Assembly: GCA_965225945.1 (NCBI GenBank)
Contig: CBDDBZ010000022.1
Location: forward strand, 1 to 64,000
Length of the DNA: 64,000 nucleotides
Origin: Alphaproteobacteria bacterium
Lineage (GTDB): Bacteria; Pseudomonadota; Alphaproteobacteria; GCA-2731375
Direction of reading: 5' to 3'
Shown here: piece after piece, positions 8,961-20,991 of the stretch
Layout of the letters: every line of letters begins with the position of its first letter
Numbering within the stretch: the stretch's first letter is position 1
Program-made: the position numbers and the translations under genes
Notes under the pieces: model-generated
Told to the model about the DNA's origin: nothing
The model's database searches: none
The model's input: only the letters and a program-made list of their open reading frames with translations

Positions 8961-11366
8961 TCAGGTCCGCAGCACCGCGCCCGTCGCTTTCGCCACCGCC
9001 GCCACGACGCGCTCGGCGACCGCGTCGATCTCGGCGTCGGTGAGCGTCCTCTCGCGAGGCTGCAGGCGGATCGAGACGGCGACCGACTTCATCCCCGCCT
9101 CGACCCCCTCGCCGGCATAGACGTCGAACACCTCGACCGCGCTCAGCAACGACTTTTCCGCCTTCCGGACGGCGCTCACGATCGCCCCGGCCTCGACCTT
9201 CCGGTCGACGACGAAGGCGAAGTCGCGGGCGACGGCGGGAAGATCGGAGGCATCGAGCGCGGCGCGGCTGCGTGCCCGCGCGGCCTTCGGTTCCGGCACC
9301 GCGTCGAGGAAGATCTCGAAGGCCACCGCTGGTCCCTCCACGTCCAGCTCCGCCAGCACCGTCGGATGCAGCTCGCCGAACTGGCCGAGGACGCGTTTGG
9401 GACCGAGTTTCAGCACCCCCGACCTGCCGGGGTGGTACTGGGCTGGCGCCTCGCGGACGACTGCCAAGGAGTCCACCGGCGCGCCCAGGGCGGAGAGCAC
9501 GGCGAGCGCGTCCGCCTTGGCGTCCAGCGCGTCGAGCGCGCGGGCCTCGCCCGACCAGTGACGCGGCGCGGTCCGGCCGCGGCGAACGCCGCTCGCCATC
9601 GCCACCTCGCCCTCGGGCGTGGTGTCGTGGAACTGGCCACCGACCTCGAAGAGCGCCAGATCCTCCAAGCCCCGGTCCATATTGCGACCGACGGCGGCCA
9701 GCAGATTGGCCAGCAGCGACGGCCGCATCGCGTCGAGCTCGGAGGAAATCGGGTTCTCCAGCAGCAGCGGCGCCTCGCCGGCACCGAACAGCGCGGCCTG
9801 CGCGCGCGGCAGGAAGGACCAGGTGACGCACTCGACCATGCCGCGGGCCGCCAGCACCCGCTTGGCGCGCGGCACGCGGGCTTGCGCGGGCGTGAGCGCG
9901 GGTCGCGCGACCCCGCCGGTCCGGGGCAGCGGCACCGAGGGAATGGCGTCGAAGCCGACGATGCGGGTGATCTCCTCGACCAGGTCGGCCTCGCCGCCGA
10001 CGTCGCTCCGCCAGCTCGGCACCGTGACCCGCCAGCGCGCCCGGCCGCGTTTGGCCTCGAAACCGAGGTCGGCGAGGATCTCGGCCTGTCGCTTGCTCGC
10101 CACCTCGATCCCGGCGAGGCGCGCGACCCGTCCCGGGCGAAATTCGACGACGCGACGCGCCACCTCGGGCGAGCCGGCGACAACCGGCTCGCTCGCCTCG
10201 CCACCGCAGAGCTCCACGATCAGCTCGCTCGCGTAGGCCAATCCGGGCAGCACCATCTCGGGATCAACGCCGCGTTCGAAGCGGTAGCGGGCGTCGCTCT
10301 CGATCTGCAGCTTGCGGCCGGTGGCGGCGGTACGGATCGGATCGAACAGCGCCACCTCCAACATGACGTTCCGGGTTTTCTCGGTGCAGCCGCTCGCCTC
10401 TCCACCCATGACGCCGCCCAGCCCCTCGGCCTTGACCTCGTCGGCGATCACCACCATGGCGTCGTCGAGGCTGTAAACCCTGCCGTCGAGGGCGAGCAGC
10501 GTTTCACCGGGTCGCGAGAGACGAACGTGGACGTCGCCCTCCAGCGTGTCGGCGTCGAAGACGTGGAGCGGCCGGCCCAGGTCGAAGGTCACGTAGTTGG
10601 TGATGTCGACCAGAGCCGAGATCGGGCGAAGACCGATGGCGCGGAGGCGGGCTTGCATCCACTCCGGGCTCGGCCCGTTGCGCAGGCCGCGGAAATAGCG
10701 TCCGGCGAAACAGGGACAGGCATCCGCCGTCTCCGCCGTGAAATCCAGGTGCACCGCGACGGGGCTCGCGAAGCCGCCTTCCGAGGGCGCCGGCGCGAAA
10801 GGCTTCAGGCGCCCGAGGCCAGCCGCCGCCAGATCGCGGGCGATGCCGCGCACGCCGAGGCAATCCTGCCGGTTGGGGGTGATGGCGATCTCGATCATCG
10901 GATCGTCCAGGCCCACGATCGCCGCGAAGGGCGCGCCGATCTCCGCCTCGGGGTCGAGCTCGATAATGCCCTCGTGCTCATCGCTCAAGCCGAGCTCCCG
11001 CTCGGAGCAGAGCATGCCGTTCGAGACGACGCCCCGAATTTTGGTCGCCTCGAGATCGAGATCGGTGCCGGGGATGTGCGTGCCCGCCGGCGCGAATACT
11101 CCCTTCATGCCGGCCCGCGCGTTGGGCGCGCCGCAGATCACCTGGACCTGCTCAGGCCCGGTGTCGACTAGGCAGACCCGCAGGCGGTCGGCGTTCGGGT
11201 GCGGGCTCGCATCGACGACATGGCCGACGGTGAAGGCCGCGAATTCGGCGGCGGGATCGTTCACCGCCTCGACCTCGAGGCCGATCGCCGTCAACCTCTC
11301 GACGACCTCGTCGAGCCGCGCCTCGCTTTCCAGATGCTCGGCCAGCCAGGAAAGCGTGAACTTCAT
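8961..11366 (-). CDS. pheT: Phenylalanine-tRNA ligase beta subunit
   Basis: [41 protein letters not shown]; 801 aa. Confidence 0.98.
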   Translation of the reverse strand: MKFTLSWLAEHLESEARLDEVVERLTAIGLEVEAVNDPAAEFAAFTVGHVVDASPHPNADRLRVCLVDTGPEQVQVICGAPNARAGMKGVFAPAGTHIPGTDLDLEATKIRGVVSNGMLCSERELGLSDEHEGIIELDPEAEIGAPFAAIVGLDDPMIEIAITPNRQDCLGVRGIARDLAAAGLGRLKPFAPAPSEGGFASPVAVHLDFTAETADACPCFAGRYFRGLRNGPSPEWMQARLRAIGLRPISALVDITNYVTFDLGRPLHVFDADTLEGDVHVRLSRPGETLLALDGRVYSLDDAMVVIADEVKAEGLGGVMGGEASGCTEKTRNVMLEVALFDPIRTAATGRKLQIESDARYRFERGVDPEMVLPGLAYASELIVELCGGEASEPVVAGSPEVARRVVEFRPGRVARLAGIEVASKRQAEILADLGFEAKRGRARWRVTVPSWRSDVGGEADLVEEITRIVGFDAIPSVPLPRTGGVARPALTPAQARVPRAKRVLAARGMVECVTWSFLPRAQAALFGAGEAPLLLENPISSELDAMRPSLLANLLAAVGRNMDRGLEDLALFEVGGQFHDTTPEGEVAMASGVRRGRTAPRHWSGEARALDALDAKADALAVLSALGAPVDSLAVVREAPAQYHPGRSGVLKLGPKRVLGQFGELHPTVLAELDVEGPAVAFEIFLDAVPEPKAARARSRAALDASDLPAVARDFAFVVDRKVEAGAIVSAVRKAEKSLLSAVEVFDVYAGEGVEAGMKSVAVSIRLQPRERTLTDAEIDAVAERVVAAVAKATGAVLRT

Positions 11367-12445
11367 CGGCTGAGTCCTCCCGCCAGCGTCGGCATGTCGA
11401 GAGCGACGAAGCCATAATGGCGCAGCCAGCGGAGATCACACTCGAAGAAGGCGCGGAGATCCGGAATGCCGTACTTGAGCATCGCCAGCCGGTCGATCCC
11501 CATGCCCCAGGCGAAGCCCTGGTAACGCTCGCTATCGACGCCACAGGCCTCCAGCACGTTGGGGTGCACCATGCCGCAGCCGAGAATTTCCATCCAATCG
11601 TCGCCCTCGCCGATCAGCAATCGCCCGCCCTCGCGGCTGCAGCCGATGTCGACTTCGGCGGACGGCTCGGTGAACGGAAAGTGGCTCGGACGGAAGCGCA
11701 TCTTCACTTCGTCGACCTCGAAGAAGGCGCGGCAGAATTCCTCGAGGGTGCCCTTGAGGTGACCCATATGGATCGCTTCGTCGATCACCAGGCCCTCGAG
11801 CTGGTGGAACATCGGCGTGTGGGTCTGGTCGGAATCGCGGCGATAGGTCCGCCCGGGCACCACGATCCGATAGGGCGGTGGCCCCGCCTGCATAGTGCGG
11901 ATCTGCACCGGCGAGGTATGGGTGCGGAGCAGCATCGCCTCCCCATCGTCGGGCCTGCGTTGCAGGTAAAAGGTGTCGTGCATCTGCCGGGCGGGATGCT
12001 CCGGCGGGATGTTGAGGGCGGTGAAATTGTGGAAATCGTCCTCGATGTCCGGCCCCTCGACGATGGCAAGCCCCATATCGGCGCAGATCTGGATGATCTC
12101 CTCCAACACCTGGCTCACGGGATGGATGCGGCCTTCCGCCTCCGGCCGGACGGGCAGCGTCACGTCGAGGCTTTCGCGCCCCAAGCGGGTGGCGATCCGG
12201 GCGCTCTCGAGGGCCTCGCGGCGAGCCTCGATCGCCTCGCCGAGGCGGCCCTTGACCGCGTTCAAGGCCTGGCCGGCGAGCCGGCGCTCCGCCACCGGCA
12301 TGGCGCCCAGGCCCTTCAGCAACTCGGTCACGCGGCCGCGCCGGCCGAGCGCGTGGACCCGTATCCGCTCCAGGGCCGCCAGATCCTCGGCGGCCGCGAC
12401 GGCGGTGCTCAGTTCCCGTTCCAGGGTGTCGATATCCTGCTGCAT
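11363..12445 (-). CDS. pheS: Phenylalanine-tRNA ligase alpha subunit
   Basis: [38 protein letters not shown]. Confidence 0.98.
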   Translation of the reverse strand: MQQDIDTLERELSTAVAAAEDLAALERIRVHALGRRGRVTELLKGLGAMPVAERRLAGQALNAVKGRLGEAIEARREALESARIATRLGRESLDVTLPVRPEAEGRIHPVSQVLEEIIQICADMGLAIVEGPDIEDDFHNFTALNIPPEHPARQMHDTFYLQRRPDDGEAMLLRTHTSPVQIRTMQAGPPPYRIVVPGRTYRRDSDQTHTPMFHQLEGLVIDEAIHMGHLKGTLEEFCRAFFEVDEVKMRFRPSHFPFTEPSAEVDIGCSREGGRLLIGEGDDWMEILGCGMVHPNVLEACGVDSERYQGFAWGMGIDRLAMLKYGIPDLRAFFECDLRWLRHYGFVALDMPTLAGGLSR

Positions 12446-12456
12446 GATCTTTCTCG

Positions 12457-12492
12457 AAAAACGAAAGGGGCCGACCTAGGGCCGCCCCCTCG
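12457..12492 (-). terminator. Possible intrinsic terminator/attenuator between rplT and pheS
   Basis: Minus strand GAGGGGGCGGCC-CTA-GGTCGGCCCCTTTC followed by GTTTTT. Confidence 0.5.
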
Positions 12493-12546
12493 ACTGCTCG
12501 TTGCTGGGTTCCAGCGGCTTCGCGGGGGCTCCGCGTCGGCGGTGCC

Positions 12547-12912
12547 TCAGCCGGCGCTTTCGAGCGCCGCCTTGGCCCGGCCGACCAAGGCCTCGAAGGC
12601 CGCCGCGTCGTGAACCGCGAGATCGGCCAGGACCTTTCGATCGATCTCGACGCCGGCGACCTTGAGGCCGTTCATAAATCGGCCGTAGGGCATGCCGCAC
12701 TGGCGGCTCGCGGCATTGATCCGCTGGATCCAAAGCGCGCGAAAGTCGCGCTTGCGGGTCCGCCGGTCGCGATAGGCGTACTGCGCCGCCCTCTCGACCG
12801 CCTGATTGGCGATCCGGAAGGTGTTCTTGCGCCGGCCGCGATAGCCCTTGGCGCGGCTGATCACCTTCCTGTGGCGGGCGTGCGTGGTCACCCCCCTCTT
12901 GACGCGAGCCAT
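12547..12912 (-). CDS. rplT: 50S ribosomal protein L20
   Basis: [33 protein letters not shown]. Confidence 0.98.
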   Translation of the reverse strand: MARVKRGVTTHARHRKVISRAKGYRGRRKNTFRIANQAVERAAQYAYRDRRTRKRDFRALWIQRINAASRQCGMPYGRFMNGLKVAGVEIDRKVLADLAVHDAAAFEALVGRAKAALESAG

Positions 12913-12922
12913 CCCGTGCTCC

Positions 12923-13120
12923 TCAGCCGTAGGGCATGAACCTCCGGATGAACTTGGCGTCGCACTCGGCCATGATGGCGCCGCCGCGCAAGTTCCGGAT
13001 CTGCTTGTTGGTGCGCTTGATCATGCCGTGCTGCTTTTTCGCCTGCGACCGGCGGATCTTGCCGCTGGCGGTCAGGCGAAAGCGTTTCTTGACACTGCTC
13101 TTGGTCTTGAGCTTCGGCAT
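12923..13120 (-). CDS. rpmI: 50S ribosomal protein L35
   Basis: [21 protein letters not shown]...MPYG. Confidence 0.97.
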   Translation of the reverse strand: MPKLKTKSSVKKRFRLTASGKIRRSQAKKQHGMIKRTNKQIRNLRGGAIMAECDAKFIRRFMPYG

Positions 13121-13256
13121 CTCGCGCAAACTCCTCGACGGAATACGCCGTGACGGAAATTGCCGCGAGGCCATGGGCGCGCGCAACCCCGGCCAGCGAC
13201 GGCTCGCGGCTTATAACCAGACCCTCGACACGATGCAAGCGCGTCGGAGCCCCAGC

Positions 13257-14528
13257 CAGGGCCCTGAACTCGGGTTAACGTTCATTTACGGCTTGTTCGG
13301 ATCGTGATTCCCTGAATCGCCACTGATTCGGAGGAACCGCGATGGAACTGCAAGTATCGGAGTCTGGTGAGAAGTCCCGCCTTCGGGCGCTGCTGGATCA
13401 CTTCGGGAAGATCGAGGACCCGCGAGAGCCCTGGCGGGTAGCGCATCCGTTGCCGGAAGTGCTGTTGCTGGTGGTCTGCGGAACGGTTGCCGATTGCGAC
13501 GACTACGAGGGCATCGCCGCCTGGGGGGAAGCGCATCTCGCCTTCCTGCGCCGCTTCCTACCCTATTACCACGGGGTTCCGGGTGGGCGCTGGCTGACGT
13601 TGCTGATGAACCGGATCGATCCCGGGACGTTCTCGGCCTGCTTCACCGCCTGGGTCCGCGAGACCTGGCCCGAGCGGCCCGACTTGGTCGCCATCGACGG
13701 CAAGACCTCGAGGCGCAGCCATGACCGCGGCGCCGGCAAGGCGGCACTGCATCTGGTCTCGGCCTTCGCCACCACCGGCCGGCTGGTGCTCGGCCAGGAG
13801 GCGGTGGAGGACAAGTCGAGCGAGACCACCGCCATCCCCGTGCTGCTCCAGCGGCTCGCCGCCGACGGCGGCCTGGAGGGCGCCCTCGTCTCCATCGACG
13901 CGATCGCCTGCAACGCCACCATCGCCACCGCCATCAGGGACGCGGGCGCCGACTATCTGCTGGCGGTGAAGGCCAACCAGCCGACACTGAGGGCCGAGAT
14001 CGAGGAACTCTGCGCCACCGCGCGCGGCGATACCCTGGAGAGCTTCAGCGATGTCGACAAGGGCCATGGCCGCATCGAGCAGCGAACCGTGACCATCGCC
14101 CGCGAGGTCGATCGGCTCGACGGCGAGCGCCGCATCCGCGGAGAACTCCGCCTCCCCGGCGTGGCCGCGATCCTCAGCGCCCACTCGAGGGTCGAGATGC
14201 GGGACCGCTGCCGCTTCGACACCCGATACTACATCTCCTCCTCAGCCCTTCGCGCGAAGGCCGCCGCGAGGGCCGTGCGCGGCCACTGGGGCATCGAAAA
14301 CCGGCTCCCCTCGTGCTCGACGTCACCTTCAAGGAAGACCAGTCCCGCCTACGAAAAGGACATGGAGCCAAAAACATGGCCGTCGTCAGACACTTCGCCA
14401 TCAACCTCGTCCGCCAAAAACGGGACAAGAAAAGCCTCAAGCTGCGGCGAAAACTCGCGGGATGGGATGTCGACTACCTCGCTTCAATGCTCGGGGTCGA
14501 GCCGCGTTAACCTGGATTCGTTGCCCTG
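13257..14528 (+). mobile_element. ISAs1-family insertion sequence
   Basis: Ends CAGGGC..GGTTAACG / CGTTAACC..GCCCTG; no matching target duplication seen. Confidence 0.88.
13342..14510 (+). pseudogene. ISAs1 transposase, frameshifted near 14310
   Basis: DPR..HPL, AIDGKT, SIDA, HGRIE, HWGIENRL; LDVTFKEDQSR continues in another frame. Confidence 0.88.
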
Positions 14529-14537
14529 GAGCGTCCC

Positions 14538-15491
14538 TCACGCGGCGCGCGCGCGGATCGCGGAGAGCGGCCCGCCTCGCATCACCTTGCCGGGCACCGG
14601 GTGGCCGACGATCTCCTCCGCCAAGCGTGCGCACTCGATCAATTTCTCCAGATCGATACCGGTCTCGATGCCCATTTCCTCGCACATGAAGACCAGGTCC
14701 TCGGTGCAGATGTTGCCGGCCGCCCCCTTGTGGCCGGCGAAGGGGCAGCCGCCGAGCCCGCCGCAGGAGCTGTCGAATTCGGCCACACCCAGGCGCAATC
14801 CGGCATAGGCGTTGGCGAGGCCGGTGCCGCGGGTGTCGTGGAGATGCAGCTTCACCGAGAGCTCCGGCCAGCGCTCGCGGACCGTGCCGACCACGCGCTC
14901 GATGGCGCTCGGCGTCGCCCAGCCGACGGTGTCGGCGAGCGAGATAGCGGTGGCCTTCGCCCCCTCCTCACGAAGCGCGGCGAAGCAGCGCTCGATCACC
15001 TCGACCACGTGGCTAGGCTCGACATCGCCCTCCAGGTTGCAGCCGAAGGCGGTCATGACGGAGAGACGCAAGCCTTCGATTCCCAGCTCCCGGTAGCGCC
15101 GCACCCATTCGCGCTGGCGCTGGATCTCGCGCTCCAGGTCGGCGCCGGCGTTCTTCAGCGAAAACGTCTCCGAGGTGCTGCAAGCGAGCCGGCCCTTGAG
15201 GTCCATGCCCGCCGCGACGGCCCGCTCGAGCCCCCTCGAGTTCAACCAGAGGCCGATGTATTTGACGCCTGGCTTGCGGCGAATGCGGCGTGCCACCTCC
15301 TCCGCGTCGGCCATCGATGGCACCATCTGGGGATTGACGAAGGAGACGCACTCGATCTCCTTCAAGCCGGTCTCGGCCAGCGCCTCGATGAAGCGCACCT
15401 TATCGTCGCTCGAGATCGGCCCCGGCTCGATCTGGAAACCTTCGCGGGGTCCCGCCTCCAGGATTTGCACGGCCTTGGGAAGATCGGACAT
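14538..15491 (-). CDS. HMG-CoA-lyase-family (DRE-TIM) enzyme
   Basis: EAGPREGFQ, ISLADTVG, LHLHDTRG, GGLGGCPFA, GNICTED. Confidence 0.88.
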   Translation of the reverse strand: MSDLPKAVQILEAGPREGFQIEPGPISSDDKVRFIEALAETGLKEIECVSFVNPQMVPSMADAEEVARRIRRKPGVKYIGLWLNSRGLERAVAAGMDLKGRLACSTSETFSLKNAGADLEREIQRQREWVRRYRELGIEGLRLSVMTAFGCNLEGDVEPSHVVEVIERCFAALREEGAKATAISLADTVGWATPSAIERVVGTVRERWPELSVKLHLHDTRGTGLANAYAGLRLGVAEFDSSCGGLGGCPFAGHKGAAGNICTEDLVFMCEEMGIETGIDLEKLIECARLAEEIVGHPVPGKVMRGGPLSAIRARAA

Positions 15492-15515
15492 CGCATCGCT
15501 CCTCAGGGTAGGTGC

Positions 15516-16817
15516 TCAGAAGAAGGTCTTGATCGCGGAGATCACATTGTAGCCGTCGTCGACCAGGCAGATCACGTCCCATTTGTCGAAGGTCGTGCAC
15601 GGGTGCGAAACCCCGAAGGCGACCATGTCGCCGACCGCGTAGGGCGCGTCGGGGGAAATCGCCATGTGGGTGTGCTGGTCGTTCATGGCCGTAACGCGGG
15701 AGCCCTCGGGCGCCGAAACCGGGGCCTCGTGGGTGCCCGGGCGATACCAAAAGAGCGGCCTCGGCCAATCGGCGTCGCTGCCGGCATCGCGCCGGCCCAT
15801 GGTCACAATCGCCTTGTCGGCATCGGGCCGGGACTGCACGTAGGCCCAAACCTCGAAGGCCGCGCGCGGACCTTCGCCGAGGCCGGCGGCCTCGGCGTCG
15901 CGGGCGCCGAGACGTTCGAAGAAGGCCTGGTAGATACCGGAATCATGGGTCAGGTAACAGCCGCTCCGGGTCACGACACGGACCTCGCGGGAAAGCCGCG
16001 CGGCGGCGAAGCGCCGCGCGACCAGGTCGTAGAAGGCGGAACCGCCGGCGCTCAGCAGGATCGGCCCCCGGGCGAAGAGATCGGCCGCGTCCACCGCCTC
16101 GGCGATTGCCACCAGATAGTCGAGGAAGCCCGCGACCGCCGCGTCCTGCGCCGCCGCGTCGGTCCCGGGGATCAGGCCCTCGAAGCCCTCGACGCCGGCG
16201 AGCGCCAGGTGGGGCGCGGCGTCGGCCACGGCGCGGGCGACCGCCATCGCCTCGCCCAGGTCGCGGCAGCCGGTGCGCCCGCCGGGCGTACCGCCCTCCA
16301 GCAATACCTGGAGCGGGCGGCGAAGCGCGTGGCCCCGGGCGGCGGAGGCCAAGCGCTCGACGGCGGCCGGCGAATCGACCAGGCAATAGAAATCGAACCC
16401 GGGATCGGCCGCCAGCTCGTCCAGCACGTAGTCGATCTCAGGCCCGCCGATCAACTGGTTCGCCAGCAAAATCCGCTCGAAGCCGAAATCGCGACAGACG
16501 CGGGCCTGCTGCGCCGTCGCCACGGTGATGGCCCAGGCGCCATGCTCGATCTGGCGGGCGAAGAGCTCGGGGCTCATGGAGGTCTTGCCGTGGGGCGACA
16601 GCACGGCGCCGCTCTGCTCGAGGAACCGGCGCATCCAATCGGCGTTGTGCGCCAACGCGCCTTCCTTGAGCACCGCGAGCGGCAGCGCCATGTCGCCCCC
16701 GAGCAGGTTCCAGCCCTTGGCCGCGATATCGCCCAAACGGAACGGCGCCGCGCCGGGCGGCATGCCCTTGGTGCGGCCATCGATCCTGAGATCCCCTATG
16801 GCGCCGACATCGGGCAT
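15516..16817 (-). CDS. PLP-dependent D-serine-dehydratase-like amino acid deaminase (alanine racemase fold)
   Basis: PHGKTSMSP, GRTGCR, GVEGFEG, RSGCYLTHD, DQH, SHPCTTFDKW. Confidence 0.88.
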   Translation of the reverse strand: MPDVGAIGDLRIDGRTKGMPPGAAPFRLGDIAAKGWNLLGGDMALPLAVLKEGALAHNADWMRRFLEQSGAVLSPHGKTSMSPELFARQIEHGAWAITVATAQQARVCRDFGFERILLANQLIGGPEIDYVLDELAADPGFDFYCLVDSPAAVERLASAARGHALRRPLQVLLEGGTPGGRTGCRDLGEAMAVARAVADAAPHLALAGVEGFEGLIPGTDAAAQDAAVAGFLDYLVAIAEAVDAADLFARGPILLSAGGSAFYDLVARRFAAARLSREVRVVTRSGCYLTHDSGIYQAFFERLGARDAEAAGLGEGPRAAFEVWAYVQSRPDADKAIVTMGRRDAGSDADWPRPLFWYRPGTHEAPVSAPEGSRVTAMNDQHTHMAISPDAPYAVGDMVAFGVSHPCTTFDKWDVICLVDDGYNVISAIKTFF

Positions 16818-16833
16818 TGGCTTTCCTCCTCGC

Positions 16834-17967
16834 TCAGGCGGAATTGTCGTGCCAGATCCCGCCCATTACCGTACCTACCGGCTCGAGCCGCCGCTCGCCC
16901 GCCAGATGTTCGCCCATGACGTCGACATAGTCGAACTCGCCCTCGGCGATCTCCAGCACGCTGGCGTCGCCGATGCCGCCGAGGGCGAGGCGCCCGAGAT
17001 CGGGCCGCCGTACCGCGTCGGCCGCCGTCTGGGTGGTGGCGCGCACGACCTCCTCCAACTCCATGCCGAGGCAGAGAAACTTCGACATGGTAATCAGCAA
17101 GTCGAAGGCCGGCCCGTCGATCGACATCGTGTGCACATCGCTCGAAATCGTGTCGGGGCCCGAATTGGCGGCGAGCATGCCCCGCGTGGTCTCGAAGCTG
17201 AACGACCCCTGGCCGTGGCCGATGTCGAAATAGACGCCGCGCTCGCGGGCGATCAGCACCTCCTCGCGCGGATTGCCCTCGCCGTCGATCGGCGCGTTGG
17301 GGAAGGGCCGGAAGCAGTGGGTCAGAATATCGCCCGGGCGCAGGCGGCGCAGGACCTCGGCCCGGGACGGCGGCGGGTTGTCGAGATGCGCCATCACCGG
17401 CAGGCCCAATTCGCCCGCCACCTCGATCGCGATGTCGAGCGGATCGATCCCACTGGGGCCGCTGGCGCCGAGGCCGACGCGGACCTTGATGCCCACCACC
17501 AGATCTTCGTGCACATGGGCGACGCGGAGACACTCGCGCGCGTTCAGCAAGCGGATGTCGTGGCATTCGCCGACCATCACGGCGCGGGAAAAGGCGAAGA
17601 TGCCGGCGAAGGAGGCGTTCAGGAACGGCAGCACGCGAACCGTGGCGGGCTCGATGATGTGGCTGCGGAAGCCCTGCATGTTGGCGGGCCCGGCGGTACC
17701 CGCGTCGATCAGCGTGGTGCAGGCGCTCTGGCGCGCGATCAGATCGGGATCGACGCCGATCGAGGTGCCGCCCCAATAGACGTGGGTGTGGAGGTCGATG
17801 AGGCCGGGCGTCACCAGCTTGCCGGCGGCTTGAATTGTCACCGTCGCCTCGCCGACGTCGCCGCCGATCGCCGAGACGCGGCCATCGGCGAAGGCGACGT
17901 CGGCGATTCCGTCCAATCCGCTCGCCGGATCGACGACGCGGCCGCCCTTCAACACCAGATCGTGCAT
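16834..17967 (-). CDS. Amidohydrolase/deacetylase-family metallohydrolase (dihydroorotase-like)
   Basis: PGLIDLHTH, DAGTAG, GIKVR, THC, DIGHGQGSF, TISSDVH. Confidence 0.9.
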   Translation of the reverse strand: MHDLVLKGGRVVDPASGLDGIADVAFADGRVSAIGGDVGEATVTIQAAGKLVTPGLIDLHTHVYWGGTSIGVDPDLIARQSACTTLIDAGTAGPANMQGFRSHIIEPATVRVLPFLNASFAGIFAFSRAVMVGECHDIRLLNARECLRVAHVHEDLVVGIKVRVGLGASGPSGIDPLDIAIEVAGELGLPVMAHLDNPPPSRAEVLRRLRPGDILTHCFRPFPNAPIDGEGNPREEVLIARERGVYFDIGHGQGSFSFETTRGMLAANSGPDTISSDVHTMSIDGPAFDLLITMSKFLCLGMELEEVVRATTQTAADAVRRPDLGRLALGGIGDASVLEIAEGEFDYVDVMGEHLAGERRLEPVGTVMGGIWHDNSA

Positions 17968-19479
17968 GCGCTTCTCCCACTCCGCGTTTCAGACTCGACG
18001 GCGGACCTTAGAACGCGGACGCGAAGCAGGAAACCACCGAGGCGTCGGCGGCGTCTCGGCGCGCCATGGTGTTTGGTAATTCGAGGGCGGATGGACGCGA
18101 AAACTGGTGACTGTTTTCGGGCGAGGGCCGGGCGACGGCCTTCGGCCCGCGCGCGCATGACTGCGAATGATGGTTTTTCACCGCGCCGGCGCGAAAACCG
18201 GCGCGAACCGGCCCCGCCGCCCGGCCGGGGTACGGCGCGAACGTCTTTCGCCGAACGCGTCCGATGCGTGTAGAGCATGTCTCCTATATGGCGTGCCGCG
18301 CGAGGCGCCACAAGGCGCGGGCGGCGGGAGCGGAAGAGATTGAATCGACGGAGGTTTTCGGCCCCCGCCCCGCGTCCTCCAGGATGCTCGGGCGCCCCGC
18401 CGCGCCGCGCCGCCCGGGCCAGCGCGGGCCCTAGGGACGGTCGCGCCCGGTCTCGGATTATGTCAAATATACGTCCGGGACACATCGCCCGGGGGCATCA
18501 AACGGTGCTCATCGGGGCGTCAAAAACCGTCACGAATGAGGCCGAATCGGGCCGAAATGACGGCTTTGAGTCGCTGTGGAGGGCGCGAGGGGCCGAAGGG
18601 CCGCGGATCGTCCCGACGTCACCATGACGTCGTTTCGCGCCGCTCCGGCGCGGGCGGTTTCGCCGCCATGGTCTCGACGGCGGGATGTGGGTGATGGCGT
18701 GGTTCGGGATCGGGGCGAGAATTCGGCACTTCGAGACCGGGCACCCCGACGCAGCAAGATGGGGAGCAAGAAGCAAGACGCGACCCCGAGTCCGACCCCG
18801 AGTCCCTTAAGGCCTTCCCGGCCGGAAACAAGAAAAGGTGCCTGATCCCATTCCCGCTTCTTCTCACCTTCGATGGTGAGCGAGGTGCCGGTGGCTGTAA
18901 AGGTTGAGCCTTCCGCTCACCGCTACGCGGCTTCGACCTTGACAGCCCCCGCCCCCTCGCTCCCTTGCTCCGCCATGAGAAGCATGGGGGAGAGGAGTCG
19001 ATGGTTTTCTTCTTTCCTAACGCGTAAAACTCGCTGCCCATGGGCAGACATATTGGCGACGTAGCGAACTCGTCGCGACCTCCGATCATGCCGAGCAACC
19101 TGTATCGGATCCACCCCTTTCCGCCGCTCCGAGCCATGGTTGGCATGGCGGAGCGGGAAAGGTGAGCAAAGCCGCCAGTCAAGGCCGGAGCCGCGTAGCG
19201 GTGGCCCGTGGGGCCAGCCTTTACTTGCGGCGGCGCTCACCGGATCATCGAGCCTGCCATCGACGGCGAAAAGACGACATAGCCGGGAAAAACCGGTAAC
19301 GGTCCCCGGAAATCCGGAAATCATTAGGCTTCTGTTTGCGAGGGAAAAGGTGCCTGACCCCTTTTGTGAAACGGCGTGCAAAGTTGACCCCTGTTGAGGG
19401 GTGATCGGCGTCCAAATTTGACCCCCTGAGCCTGGCTAGTCCAAGTCACCTCGTTTTTGGGCGGACGAGGTGGTGGGGG

Positions 19480-20991
19480 ATGTTGGTCGTGGAGACGATA
19501 GCGCGGATCCGGCGGGAGTATTTCGTCAAGGGGAAGCCGATCAAGGAGATCGTGCGGGACGTGAAGGTCTCGGGCAACACGGTGCGCAAGGTGATCCGTT
19601 CGCAGGCGACGGCGTTCACCTACGACCGGCGGGTCCAGCCGATGCCGAAGCTGGGGCCGTGGACGGCCGAGCTGGAGCGGATGCTGGAGGCCAACGAGAC
19701 CAAGTCGAAGCGGGAGCGGCTGACGCTGCTACGGATCTCCGAAGCCCTCGAGGGTCTGGGCTATGGCGGCGGCTACGACGCGGTGCGGCGCTACGCCAAG
19801 GCGTGGCGGTGGCGCCGTTCGGCATCGACGGCGCAGACCTATGTGCCGTTGGTGTTCTCGCCGGGCGAGGCCTATCAGTTCGACTGGAGCCACGAGTACG
19901 TGGTGCTGGCGGGGGTGACGACCAAGGTCAAGGTCGCGCACGTCCGGCTGTGCCACAGCCGAATGTTCTTCGTCCGCGCTTATCCGCGCGAGAGCCAGGA
20001 GATGGTGTTCGACGCCCACGACCGGGCATTCCGGCTGTTCCAGGGTGCCTGCCGGCGAGGCATCTACGACAACATGAAGACGGCGGTGCAGACCGTCCTC
20101 ATCGGCAAGGAGCGCGCGTTCAACCGGCGCTTCGTGCAGATGTGTGGCCACTACCTGGTCGAACCGACAGCATGCACGCCGGGAGCGGGATGGGAGAAGG
20201 GGCAGGTCGAGAACCAGGTCGGGATCATCCGCGGTCGGTTCTTCACCCCGCGGCTGCGCTTCAAGACCTACGACGAGCTCAACGCCTGGCTCTTGGACCA
20301 GTGCGTCGCCTACGCCCGGCGTCATCCCCACCCGGTGTTCAAGGACAGGACTGTCTGGCAGGTGTTCGAGGACGAGCGTCCGTCCCTGGTCGGCTATCGC
20401 GGGCCGTTCGACGGCTTCCACGCGGTCCCGGCGTCGGTGTCGAAGACCTGCCTGGTGCGCTTCGACAGCAACAAGTACAGCGTGGCGGCGCGCGCCGTCG
20501 GCCGTCCGGTCGAGGTCCATGCCTACGCCGATCGCATCGTCATCCGCCAGGACGGCGAGATCGTCGCCGAGCATGCCCGGCGCTTCGGCCGCGACCAGAC
20601 CGTCTATGACCCGTGGCACTACGTGCCCGTGCTGGCGAGGAAGCCCGGTGCGCTTCGTAACGGCGCGCCGTTCAAGGACTGGGCGCTGCCCGGCGCCCTG
20701 GGTCGCGTGCGCGTCCGGCTCGCCGGCCACGACGACGGCGACAGGCAGATGGTCGAGATCCTCACCGCCGTGCTGGCGGATGGGCTGGCGGCGGTGGAGG
20801 CCGCCTGTGCCGAGGCGCTCGCTGGCGGCGTGTGCAGCGCCGACGTCGTGCTCAACATCCTCAATCGTCGGCGCCAGCCGTCCGAGACGGCGCCGATCCC
20901 GACGCCCGCGAACCTGCGTCTTCGCTTTGAGCCGGTGGCCGATTGCACCCGCTACGACCGCTTGAGGGGGGTCGGCCATGGAGCGCCATGA
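19480..20991 (+). CDS. istA: IS21 transposase IstA
   Basis: [24 protein letters not shown]-terminal Mu-like domain. Confidence 0.95.
   Translation: MLVVETIARIRREYFVKGKPIKEIVRDVKVSGNTVRKVIRSQATAFTYDRRVQPMPKLGPWTAELERMLEANETKSKRERLTLLRISEALEGLGYGGGYDAVRRYAKAWRWRRSASTAQTYVPLVFSPGEAYQFDWSHEYVVLAGVTTKVKVAHVRLCHSRMFFVRAYPRESQEMVFDAHDRAFRLFQGACRRGIYDNMKTAVQTVLIGKERAFNRRFVQMCGHYLVEPTACTPGAGWEKGQVENQVGIIRGRFFTPRLRFKTYDELNAWLLDQCVAYARRHPHPVFKDRTVWQVFEDERPSLVGYRGPFDGFHAVPASVSKTCLVRFDSNKYSVAARAVGRPVEVHAYADRIVIRQDGEIVAEHARRFGRDQTVYDPWHYVPVLARKPGALRNGAPFKDWALPGALGRVRVRLAGHDDGDRQMVEILTAVLADGLAAVEAACAEALAGGVCSADVVLNILNRRRQPSETAPIPTPANLRLRFEPVADCTRYDRLRGVGHGAP

Noticed and set aside
13247-14538. Target duplication for the ISAs1 element
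   Set aside because: The flanks (GAGCCCCAGC vs GAGCGTCCCT) do not match well enough.
14601-16919. Long antisense ORFs (e.g. 772 aa here, 601 aa opposite pheT, 603 aa opposite uvrA)
   Set aside because: Shadow ORFs expected from high-GC codon bias opposite well-supported genes.
17990-18770. ORFs or a structured RNA upstream of the amidohydrolase
   Set aside because: The ORFs are Arg/Pro-rich noise and I recognised no riboswitch or ncRNA motif.
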